The position numbers and the translations under genes are program-made. DNA of 64,000 bases. Origin: Oikopleura dioica. Taxonomy: Eukaryota; Animalia; Chordata. The notes under the pieces were generated by a model. It was not told where the DNA came from, searched no databases, and saw nothing but the letters and a program-made list of their open reading frames with translations. The number at the start of each line of letters is the position of its first letter. The stretch's first letter is position 1. Of this stretch, positions 35,769 to 47,316 are shown piece by piece. Location: the NCBI GenBank assembly GCA_907165135.1, contig OU015566.1:1364001-1428000 (forward strand). The letters are read 5' to 3'.

Positions 35769-37967
35769 ATGAGCGACTTTTTCTGGAGCGATTCTATTTG
35801 GCTTCCGCCGGGAATAAAATGGACCGACTTAGAGAAATTTCAAAATGATGGAGGAAAAATCCCAGTTTTTGAAGATCTGTATATCATTTTTCCACTGTCG
35901 ATAGCGATTCTTGTGCTAAGAAAGACCTTAGAGAAGATTGTTTTTAAACCAATTGGTCACGGATAAAAGATTTTTTTAAGAGAAAAAAATTAACATTTAG
36001 GTCTTCGAGTTTGATGAGCTTTTAGGGTCAGCACTGACCGCCGATTTCCTAGGTCAATTTGGCCGGTCATTTCGAAATAGGCGAAATCCATGGTCCGTTT
36101 GTTCGGTCGGGTCAGCTTTTGGTCGACCAATCAGACCCGATCAGGTCAATTTTTTGGTCAGTGCCGACCCTAGGTGAACTTTGAGTTTCACCAAAAAATT
36201 TTTAAAAATTCTTATCAATAATTTTAAAAAATATATTTTAATTTTTAAAATCATTGATAAGAATTTTTAAAATTTTTTGGAGAAAACATGAATAATATTT
36301 TTCAACTGGGAAGAATTTCTTATATCATTTTGTTATCCGTTAAAAGCCGCTATTTTGGCCTGAAAGACAGAACCCGCAAAACGAATGTGCCAAACGAAAT
36401 CTTGGAAAAATATTTTCTTTCAAATCAAATCTTTCAAGAAAAAAATTTGAAAGAAGAGGACAAAGGTAAGTTCGCTTTTTATAAGCAATAAATTCACGGA
36501 AACGGGTCTAAATTCCAAGAAAACATTTCCCGATCAAATATTGAAATAAGCCCTCGCTAAGTTAATATCTTTAAGCGGTCAAAAGCGGTAAAAACTTTCA
36601 AATGGGCTTATAATTTTATGGCGCCATTTTTCTTAGATTTTTAAGCGCGAATTCTTGAAAAACTTGGAGAATCATGGGACGAGGGGAAAATCGAAAGATG
36701 GTTTCGAAATCAGCGAAGACTAACAATCAAGCCGAAAATTGGGAAATTTGGGGAAACCATGTGGAGAGCCGTTTACTACATTTTTGCTTTCAGGGATGTT
36801 CAGAAATTTTTTTTATGCTTGCATCTAAGGCCCTCGAACTAAAAATTGATTGAAAATCGACAATTTAGGAATTTCGCATGTAATTTATCAACAGTTTAAG
36901 AGTCCTTGCCTCCATTCTAGTGGAAAATTCTTGTGAGGGAATTTAGTTCTCTTCAAATACGGTATTATTTGAAGTGCTGTATTTGCTCACTCTGAGAGGA
37001 ATGTTTAATCTTTCTTGAATCATTTGAACAACAAAAAGCGCAGCTACGGAACTAGCGTCGTCATCAACAAAAGTTGGTTTTGGAACACGATCGAATGTTG
37101 GGAAAACTACCCGATGCAGGAGCTCACGCCCGATGTCCAGAAATACTATTTTCTTGGCTGTGGGCATGCTCTGTCGCTTTGTCTGACCTTGCTGACGGAT
37201 AATGTGAGGAAGGACTTCAAAGCGAAAATTGTTCACCACGCGGCTACGCTTAGTTTGTTGGTGTTTTCTTATGTTTGTGGGTATACAAGAGTCGGAGCGC
37301 TCGGTAAGCATTTCTAGAGACGCATATCAAAAACCGTAAATTTTATTACTCTTGTTCATGTTTTATCTTAAAATTTTGTCTAAGTTCGAATAGAAAATAC
37401 TACCATAAAAAATCTTAGCAGCGAATGAAAAAGTTGTGACTAACAAATGTATTTGGTCCTTGATGAAATTTTAACGACGAGAGTCTCTTGTAGGAAAGAA
37501 TGACAGCCAATTTTTTAGTTATGTGGCTCCATGATGGTTCTGATTTCTACCTCGAAATCGCAAAATCTCTCGTTTATCTCAAGAAACAGTTCCTTGCGGA
37601 TATTTTCTTCACAATTTTCGCCCTCGCCTTTTTCATCAGGTAAAAACCCCCTACTTCCCCATCTTTATCATTTCTCTCAGCCGAATCGTGTACTTTCCCT
37701 TTGTCGTGATTCACACAACTTTGGTCAAACCCATCGGTCTTTTTGGCCTCTTTCCTGGGTACTTTATTTTCAACGCTTTGTTGGGTACTCTTTTATGTCT
37801 CCACCTTTACTGGTTTTATTTAATTTGCGACCTTGCTTGGAAACTGATCAAGGGAGACCAAATTGCGGATAACAGGTACTACCAACAATTTTACCAAGCT
37901 CCCTGACCCGTTCAGATCCGACAATGAAGAATCTTCATCAGAAGACGAAGCAAAAAAGACCAAATAA
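35769..37967 (+). CDS. CERS: Ceramide synthase (Hox-like plus TLC/Lag1 domains)
   Basis: FFWSDSIWLPPGIKWTDL, IERWFRNQRR, KFGETMWR, RKDFKAKIVHHAAT, LHDGSDFYLEIAK, DQIAD; acidic tail SDNEESSSEDE. Confidence 0.93.
36022..36173. mobile_element. 152-bp MITE in CerS intron 1
   Basis: 17-bp TIR tagggtcagcactgacc / ggtcagtgccgacccta; degenerate 8-bp flanks atgagctt / gtgaactt. Confidence 0.8.
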
Positions 37968-38175
37968 ATGACCAAAAACTCGACCAATCTTCCCGAATGA
38001 TTCATATAAAAACATATGATGATGTATTTATAATTATTTCACTGTCAATCTTTAGATTAAATCTTAGGCATCAATTCATAATAAAATATTATGCAACAAA
38101 ACAAAACGAAAAGAAAGATTTTTGAAGAGCAAAAACGTTGAAGCCAAAAATTCCGTCAATCAAAAACAGTCTTAC

Positions 38176-38787
38176 GTATCAGCAGGATCTGGCAAAATTC
38201 TTAACCCGATTTTTCGACCTCTTAATTCTTTGTTTTCTTACCTTGATGGTGTTGTATCGAGAGTGTTGCCAGTTCCGTCTCTTTCCAATGTTGTTCCGAC
38301 TCTTTTCAGCGCCTCTTCTATCGTCTCAAAAGTGTTGATCAGCTCAATCAACAGAAGATCCGAGTTTGGCGGCCCGTTGGAACCATCAGGCTGCGTTCCG
38401 GTGAAAAACATTGACACTTCGCCTTGATGAGTTTGAAGTCGACCATTGTAGTTTTGATTTTTGAGGAGATAGACTTGTCCATCCGCGCTGACTTCGGCCA
38501 CTTGAGCGTCGAAAATCTCAATCGAAGTGACAGGAGAAGTGAAAGTCAATTTCATCAGCCATCCGAATCTGATTTCTCTTTTGATGCCTAAAAATTGGTC
38601 AGCTTGGCCTTTGCCGGTTAAAATTACCGATGGTAATTTTCGCAGAAAATCCTCCGGGCCAAAACTGCGAAATATCATAACTAGTCGGATTTGTCAATTC
38701 TGCCTGAGCGTCTGTTTCTCTTATCAGCCCAAAGCTCAGCGCCAAAAAAGCGACTTTAGGGAAATTTGAAAATTTCATTTCTTCCTT
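38176..38787 (-). CDS. Signal peptide plus CBM2-like cellulose-binding module; probably the 5' exons of GH9 gene B
   Basis: MKFSNFPKVAFLALSFGLIRETDA/QAEL..YDISQFWPGGFSAKITIGIKREIRFGWLMKLTFTSPVTSIEIFDAQV..DGQVYLLKNQNYNGRL (CBM2 W-GGF, GW and N--YNG pattern); a mini-exon ILPDPADT ends in ac|gtaag. Confidence 0.75.
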
Positions 38788-39179
38788 TTCTTTTCCATCA
38801 CTCTTTTTGAAAGAAGGCAAAACAGGTAAATGCGGAATTTGTTACTGACTATTTGAAGAATGAATGTCAAAAGTAGATTTGGCGCATGTTCCTTGCCCGC
38901 GGCGCTTTACAACTAATTCCGGGCAACGAATCACCCGCCGCGCCAGTCATCCCCTGCCGAGACGAGTGTTATCAGTGCTCCGTCAAGGGACGTAAACTCG
39001 CTTGAAAACTCATTATCTTTAATTTTAAATTGAAAAAAAAATAAAGAATAAATTATTATTTTAGTAAAATTTTAAATATTATCAAAAAAATAATTTAAAT
39101 TTTTATTTAAAAAAAAATTATAATTGAAATGATAATTTCAAAAAAAATTTTTTTATCGAATTATTTTTTTTAATCGTGA

Positions 39180-40318
39180 ATGTCGAAAATGGAAAAGTCA
39201 AGTTGAAAATCAACGTTGAATTCACCGAAAAGAAAAGACAGAAAAGCTCCTTTTCGAGCGGATAATCACGGGCTCAAGATTTTTAGTAAATGCTTCTGAC
39301 TTAACGACTCTGACCTTCGGAAGAGCATAATCGTTCTGTCTAAGCGCTCATATTTCCAACAGCTTCAAAGAGAAGAAACAAGGTAAGTAACGGAAAGAAA
39401 ATTCGGAAATTTACAAAAATTGAAGAAAAAAAATGATCGACTTTCAAAATTTGCTAAATGGAGAATCAAAATTCGTTTATTACAAGCAATGGCAGATAAA
39501 TATTGCTATTGGTGTTTTTTGCGTTGCTACGACTATCTGTAGGTCTTTATTTTTCAACCCTTTTGGTGACCAAATAAGTTACGACTGTGATGATCTGGTG
39601 GATGCGATTCGGAGGGTACGAGAAAAACGTAATTATGAAAAGAGATCAGCTTCGCCGAAAGCTTCAAATCGTCAATGAAAGACTTGAGAAGGCTGGATCA
39701 GCTGTGTCTTACGGTAAGATTGAGGCTTGACATGTGAAGATAACAGTTTTAGAGAAGAAGTATTTGGATATTCGGGAAATTTTAAGTGAGCTTAGACTAA
39801 ACTGAGCTTCGAATGAAATATTGCTTCGTGTAAATTTTCATTGAAAAGTTTTGACGGAATAATTTATAGCGATTGGTTAATTGTGAAAAATATATCATCG
39901 TTAAAATCGGATTTGTCCACTAGACATCATTTTATATGATCGAAAATTTCTCATCTTGAAAATTCAGCGAAAAAAAAAATCACGATATTTGAGAAGCGTT
40001 TTTATTTTCGGAAAATAAAGCTCTTCCTTGTTTTCAAAACTGAAACGACAAAGTTGATCATAAAAACATCCTTCCATTAAAACGCACTTCCATGTGAAAA
40101 TTGAGTTCATTGCCGCGGAAGACATCTACCAATAAACATTTTAGAGCGACGATATCCGCCAAGGCCCATTGTTGGTGCTGGGTTTGAAAGAAACGTCTGG
40201 CAGAAACGATCGTCGGGGGTTTCAAGAGCATCGAGGATTCAAACTGGCTCGGATTATTTTGAAAGAACTTCGGATCGAAAAAGAAATTTATCTGTTATTC
40301 AAGAATAAAAAAAATTGA
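39180..40318 (+). CDS. Possible uncharacterised multi-exon gene
   Basis: Short open exons bounded by gtaag/ttag, e.g. RRYPPRPIVGAGFERNVWQKRSS...EIYLLFKNKKN*; no family recognised. Confidence 0.3.
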
Positions 40319-40497
40319 TAAAGAATAAAAAATAAGAAATTTTTTAATGATGATTTATTAAGAAATATTTGTACAAAAGTTAAAAAGACAAGCCTCTCTT
40401 TGACTATTCAAAGATGGCAATTGGTAAAATAGCAGGTAAAAATGAGCAGGATTCACACAGCTTTCATGATATTTGAAAAATAATCTTCACGATAAGC

Positions 40498-41710
40498 TTA
40501 GTTTGATGGGATGTAAGCATGAGGATTGTCGGAGTTGGGATCGTTGACGACAACGGTTCCTCCTTTTTGGGGCTCGCATCGGTTAATGACGGTGTCTCTC
40601 CAGGTTGTCACTTGGTTGCCTTCGAAATCTTCAAGACTGAACAAAGGGGATAAGGAATGATTCAAAGGATTGCACAGGAAATTTAGTGGTCTTGCTTAAA
40701 ACTTACGTGAATTCGCAGCATTCTCGTCGAGTATCATCATACGATCGTCGGTGTGGGTATCTTCCGCAGCACTGATTCTTTGCCTGAGAAATTCCTTCCA
40801 AAGGACAGTTGTTGACTCGATCAGTATGATCAAAGGTTCCACCGCCAGAGATGGTCTGGTAAGCGGCATTGTTGATGCAATAGGATTTGTTGTTTCGAAG
40901 TGGCTCGGTTAGGATGCCGGCATCGCAATTTTGCTTGGCTTGGACGACGGATTTGACGTATTCCAAGTCGCAGAGGCACAGATTTTCGCCAGAGCTCTGA
41001 GCGTTGCCGGAAGAGCAGTCGATCATTCGTTCGCCGGTGGCATCGGTGGTGAAGACGGCGGTGTAGGAGAGAGTGGTGTAGTCGGCGGAGTAGTCCAAAT
41101 CGATGCATTTGTAGCATCTAGGGGAGAATGAGATGAGGTGGGGAATCATAAAGTGGTTTTACCTGTAGAGAACTGAGCAAGCTCGGTCAACCATGTCCTT
41201 AGTTCGTCCACCACCGAAAGATTGCGGATTTTCGGGACCGTTCGCCCAGCAGTAGCAGCCATAGCTCGTGTAGGTATCCTGAAAAAAATTATTTGAACGA
41301 AAGGGTTACGAAAAAATAAGAAAGATTTTTCCCTTATCTATAAAAACAAACCTCGATGGTCTTCAAAGTGCTATCGTTGGCAGGCTCTTGTCCGTCCAGC
41401 CCATCACCTCTCAAGTAAGAGATCATGGCGGCGATGGGGGCAAAAGTAGTGGTAGCTTGATCGGTGGCATCTCGTCGGATTCGACCGCCGAAGTTCTCGC
41501 TGACCCAGTTGCCCTGAATGTTTCGCTCGATTGCGGAGTCGAATCTGTCGGCGAAAGATTTTTCCGCAGCGGCGAGGGAGAGGAGGGAAGAAATTGTCAG
41601 CTTCTGAAAATGAAAAAAAAGTAATGAAAAAGACAATCTTCGTTTATGAATCCTAATCTCTCTTTTGATATAAAAAAGTGTCTTACCATGATATATTTTT
41701 TCAATATCAT
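40498..41710 (-). CDS. Secreted phospholipase-A2-like protein lacking the catalytic His-Asp
   Basis: Signal peptide; SYGCYCWANG..GGG..DMVDRACSVLYRCYKC (HD replaced by LY); LCLCD; Cys-rich tail CCGRYPHRRSYDDTRRECC. Confidence 0.8.
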
Positions 41711-41950
41711 ACTGTGTGTGTGATGATGAGTGCTATTAATCGCTGAATATTTATACGCGCTTAAGCGTTTTTATGATGGCGCTGCGGAGCAATCGTGAGC
41801 GCTCAGTGCAGCGCTCGCGGTTGGGAATTTTGACCGGCGACCTTTTGCCAGGTCAAATGAGAAGCGGAAACGGACATTTCAAAATTAACTCAGGAAGAAA
41901 ATTTTATATAACAGAATTTTAGAACCGACTTTTAAATAAATTTATTGGTA

Positions 41951-44900
41951 TTACATGTCGAAAGTAACATCGTTCTGCAGTGCTTCATTCATTGAAAAAG
42001 AGCTGGTCAGACTGAGGGAACTCGAAGCAGCGCTTATTTCGCTCTTTTCCGACTTTGATGCGTCAGAAATACTCGGCCAGCGCTGGAAAAGAAATGTAGA
42101 TTTGAACTTCTGTCTGAGCGGCAAAATCAGCTCCTTGATTATTACGCCTTTTGGAATTACTAGAAAGGGTTGAGAATTCTTTTTTCTTGAAAAGGATACC
42201 TTTGAACATGTTTTCTAATTTTTCATCGTTGGCGATAATGTCGACGGAAAAGACATTTTTGACGAGTTTTCGAAAGTCGGGAGGGAGAAGGCAATTGGTG
42301 ATGATGAGGCAATGGTTGATCACTTCTTCCGGGAGGATTGTGTCTTCATCTCTCTAATGAATAATATATGGGATCAATGGATTCTTTGAAACATACCAGA
42401 ACATGAAAAAGATAATTGAGAATCCACATCGCTTGGTTTTTAAATTCGACCAGATCCAAATTTTGAGCCAGTTTCACCATCTTCTCATAATTCCCCAGCA
42501 CCTTCAGCAATTTCAATTTTCTTCCGTTTTCGTCCAAATTGATGAGATTATCATCAACTTGTCGGTTTAGAAATTTCATCGCCAGCAGCATCTGCGGCTC
42601 CATGTCATAACCAGCGAGCATGGGGAGCATTGACATAAGCTTTTCGAAATCGCTGGTGGAGAGGAAGAGCGTTTTGCTTTTGAAAATGTAGGAAAGGAAG
42701 GATTTGAGAAGATCACGTGTATCGAGGGTTTCAAGCTCGGAGAAAATTGCAACGATAGTTATCACGGCTTTTTCAAATGACTCCTAAAATGAAATAAGTG
42801 GGAAGACTCTTTATCGGTGAGGGATTTACGAGGGATTTTTGCTTGGCCGTGATTGGCTGACGGGAAAAATCAGCTCTGTGATTCGCTAGAAAAAAGCCAT
42901 AAGGAAACCCTAACCTTAACCCTTTCGAATTCGCTGGGCTGTGATTGGCTGACGCGAAAAATCAGGCCTCTGATTCGCTGTAAAGAAGCCATAAGCTAAC
43001 CCTAACCCAAACCCAACCCTTATCCAATCCTAACCCTAACCCATAACTAAATCTTACCCTCTCTTTTGTATCAGGTAATTCTTCGTAATTACGATGTATT
43101 ATTTAATTTTTTCTAGATAATTTTCTCAGAAAGTAAAAATATTGATAATCTTTCTCTAATCCAATCTTCGAGACTTCAAATTAAAATAAATTGGAGAAAA
43201 TCTGATTTCGATTTCACGCTCAATTTTGAAATGAAAAAATTACCTTGTCAGATCTATTTTCATTTTGAGTTTTGAGCATCATCCACAAGTCTTCTTTCAG
43301 AACTTTTCTCAGCGATAAATCTTTCTTCAAATTCTTCTGAATAAATTCGCACAAAGAGGCGAATTGTTCCCAAGACGAGCAAATGCAAAAGGCGTAGAAA
43401 AAAGGGTTGGGGCTTCCAAGAGAAAGAAGGAGCTTCGAAATCGGCCCTAGAATTTGATTATTTTTGAGAAAAATTAATGAAAAACTACCATTAGAATTTT
43501 TGTCGATTAAAACCGCTTCGGAGGAAAATGCATATGCCAAGGGGATCATTCCAGAAGACGATTTCAAGTTGACCAAATCAGGATTTTGTCGAAGCATCAA
43601 ACGAAGTTCCTTCGGGGGGCCCGGACTATGTCGTCGAATGTCGTCAATGTCGTCGAATGTCGTCAATGTCGTCGAATGTCGTCAGATTTTTCTTCAAAAA
43701 TGGAAAAAAAATCAAAATTTTGAAAACATATCTGTTCTAGAGATTTATTTCTAGAGATTCATTGACGACATTCGACGACATTCGACGACATAGTCCGAGT
43801 CGCCCGTTCCTTCTCTCTTCGATCAATTGCCGCTAGATGGACTGCCGCGCGGCCTGATGGAAAAATAAAGCCGGAATCCGCCGTTTTTATCAAGCCGAGA
43901 ATTGATTCACTAAAAGAATTTATTGAGGGGATAATAAGCCGTTTTAGACCAATCAGATTTTTGCAATCGGCGTGTAGGCCAATCAGATTTCAGAGAGAAA
44001 AACGTTTCAAAAAATAATTTTTTTCGCTCATCTTTTTACCTGTCATAATTTTCCCAGTCATTCAATTTTTCATAAAGAACTCTTTTTGGCTCAAATTCTT
44101 CGTCTTCATCCTTTTCTAGGTTTTTCATTTTCAATTTTTTTCTGAAAAGTACAACGATGATTCAACAGCATTATTCATCAGCTGTCAAAGCCACAGTCAT
44201 TTCAATTAAACCTTGCTTATCAAAGAGCCTCCCGCTTTTAGGAGCTTTGAGCCTTATCGGCGTCCTGCTGAGTTCGTCCTGCTCATCTTCATTTTCCGAC
44301 AAATTGGCTTTTTCGCGTCTAATTGTCGATCTTCTCGAGGGAAGGGTGAAAGGAGACTTGAATTCAAAAGTCGACTTCCGCATCAAAATTATTTAAAAAA
44401 AAACAACAAAGAAGACTTTATTTTCGCCAGAGATATAAATAAAATAGTAGCATTATTCTAGAGCTCAATAAGAATTGATTTGTCTCTCAACTTGAGAGTC
44501 TGTTGAATAATCATTTAGAAGAAGATAAATTCAATTCTTGGATTTTATCGTCGACCAAAAACCGCTTTTTGTTCTTCTTGTTTAACACGGTTACGATTTG
44601 GCACGGAAAATTGAAAAGAAAGCAGAAGCTTTAGAATAGGGCTCGCCATGAAATCTTGAAGTCGCGAGCGAGTATGTTTTTCTGATTCCCCATGTTCTAA
44701 AACCCAAAAGTCTCCATATAACCACACCCTTAAACTCAGCCAAAAAAATTTTAGAGCGAATTTTCGATAAAAATGGCTCTTTTTCGGGGTCTCATTGCTT
44801 AACCGAAAAAATAAACAAAGAAAACCTCTCAAAACTCCTTATATTTGATATTATTTTTTATCAATCATTTAATTTTTTTCGGTAGTTTACTTCGATTCTC

Positions 44901-47025
44901 CCCAGATCTGAGACTAGACTCTTGTAGAATGAAGCCTTGCGCTTCTTTCAAGTACTTTGCCTGGTCGGGAAAACTTGGGGAACTCGAGATATCCAAGGTT
45001 TTCTGGTTAAAATTAGGCCGAAAAACTGTGAATTTGAGGGATTTTTAGTAGGATTTTATTGGGATTTCTGGACAAAATCTTGATCCCAACTTCGTAAATA
45101 GCTTATTTAAAAGAGCAGAATAAGTTATCCTCGAAAAATTGAAAAAATGTTGAAATTTCCGGAGAAATGACGTGATGGCACGTGATCGAAGTCCCAAAAA
45201 CAGGATTTTGGACCTAGCTCTAGAATTTTTTCCCCAAGACTTATGCCTAACAGAGACATATCATTCGAATCAGGAAAAAACGGGGATCATTTTAAGGTGC
45301 AATTCGTAGGGGAGAATTGACATCGACTTTTTTTTGGCGAGCCCTACTTTAGAAGAGGGCATAAGTACTAGCCCGCCATTAAATTTGATAAGCTCGCGCC
45401 AGATAAGGCTGAGTTCTGCTTATTCGCCAAAATAAGCGTAATAAAAGAGATTCAACAGTCGATATAGAATAATAAACATTTAACATGGGTATCATCTTGG
45501 AATTAAGGGGAGGGTCGTCAATATTCGGATTATGGAAAAACAAAAAACCGGGAAAATATGATTGAATGGGAGAAATTCGAATTTACCAGTGAATAGACAA
45601 GGGTTGGATGAATTCACCGGCAAAAAGTAGAAAAAAAGTTTGCACGCAAGATTCGGACAAAAATGCCGTGAAATTAGGGCCATTTTCGCAAAAATTTCCA
45701 AAAATTCGTCATTTTTCAAACAATTTTCTCAATTTCAACCCCTAAAACTTATTTTTATCAGATAATTTTATGCTTAAGAGACTCGGCAAAATCTTTAGAT
45801 TCCAAAAATGTATAATTCATATGCGGAATATATGTATAAATAAGAATTTAATTATATAATTATTAAATAATGGTCACCCCTGAAAATCAATATTGACGCC
45901 CCCCTGAGGTCTAGATAATTAATTTGGTGTTACAAATAATTCAATAGTTATAAGTTACTCTTTGCCAATTATTGAAAGTTCAAGACAGAAAATTGGAATT
46001 TATAGGTTAAATTTTATACCTTAAAGATAAAAAAAGATAAAAAAGGTGGTTTTGAAGACCCGATTAATTTCTAATTTTAACAACGGTGCGCAAGAAAAAC
46101 GTGCTCTAAATGTTCTTTTTTGATATCTGTGTTTTGCCTAAGGTTCTTTTCTCTTATCTACAATTTTCGGAGGTACTGATGGGTTTTATCAACGAATATC
46201 GCAAATCCGCTTTCCAAGGGGGCAAGGATAATTCTTGATAAAGAAAAAATACATCCGATAAACGGGCTTAATTTTGTTTGTATGAGGACAGCTCAGCGTT
46301 TTTTACCGTATTTTCTTTACTCTTCAAACTTCCGATAATTTGAAGAACTTCCGCGTTTTTCCCAAACAAGTCTCATTTTTCACGAAAAATGGCTCGAATC
46401 CAAAAAAAAATTGCGACAATTTTTGCCAAAATTTTGGTCAAATTTTAGGTTTCCGCAATTTTCGACTCGCCATCAGATTTTTTTTGCTAAAAATTCGGTT
46501 GATTTTCAAAATCAAAAATCTAATTCGATGAAAAATTCGTTTGAAAAAGCACTGGGGTCAAAATTCTTCACCAGATTTTGGGGAAAATTCAAACCGCAAA
46601 ATTGACCACTCCCAACTGTGTCGACATTCCTTTTAGACCCCTGAATTTACCACAAAAGAGTCCCCTTTCGAACGGCTCATTTTTTGTGTCGAAAAAGTTC
46701 ATGAAAACGCATCATTATCTTCTTCCGCCAAATCCTATTAATGCCACGAGCAAAGAATTTTTTGCGTAAGAGGAGATTGAAAACTCAGTCTGGAGATTCG
46801 CGTCAGATTAATGGGATCAGTTTTCTTTCGGCGAGCACATAAATATGGTATTAGAAGTTTTGAGCTGCGAATTCGATCTTCATCCTTTGACTTTGGCTCG
46901 TCATAATCGCCGGAAAAATTGGCCCAAAATTCAAGATATGGAGAAATGAAAATGACAGAAATATGGTCTTCTGCTAAAATTTGCGCCGACCGCAAATGAA
47001 AAGAAGCCAGCTTCAAGGGCTTCAA
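41951..47025 (-). CDS. Ankyrin-repeat-containing uncharacterised protein B (core 41951-44400 well supported; 5' extent uncertain)
   Basis: GRAAVHLAAIDRREKELRLMLRQNPDLVNLKSSSGMIPLAYA once the 200-nt insert is removed; helical exons at 42765-41951. Confidence 0.5.
42849..43060. repeat. 92-bp direct duplication with telomere-like (CCCTAA)n tails, intronic
   Basis: gtgattggctgacg..aaaaatcag..tgattcgct..agccataag starts at 42849 and 42941; each copy is followed by aaccctaacc-type repeats. Confidence 0.75.
43614..43805. mobile_element. 192-bp MITE with 8-bp TSD inside an ankyrin exon (introner-like)
   Basis: TIRs ggggggcccggactatgtcgtcgaatgtcgtc / gacgacattcgacgacatagtccgagtcgccc; perfect TSD gttccttc at 43606-43613 and 43806-43813. 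Confidence 0.93.
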
Positions 47026-47316
47026 AACTGGCCAATTTTAAAACCTCCACTTTTGAAAAGCGATATCATATCTTGCGTAAACTAAAACGTGTTTCAAATA
47101 CGGAATTCTCGGGCTTTTCTCAAGGTCGTAGAATGAAGGGACTCGTAAATTTCTCTCAGCCAATAAGAAACAAGTATTTTCTGGTTCAACCAATCACAGG
47201 CGAGCGAATCTCCCAAAGGCTCCAACTTTTTGAGCGGATGATAAAAGCTGATTTATTTTTAGCTTTATGCATTTATTATGATCTTCAGCAATATCGAAAA
47301 ACGGACATCGTTGATT

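Noticed and set aside
30328-38787. Recent bacterial horizontal transfer of GH9/CBM2
   Set aside because: The genes carry host-type introns, and GH9 is established as ancient in animals; nothing in the sequence indicates recent transfer.
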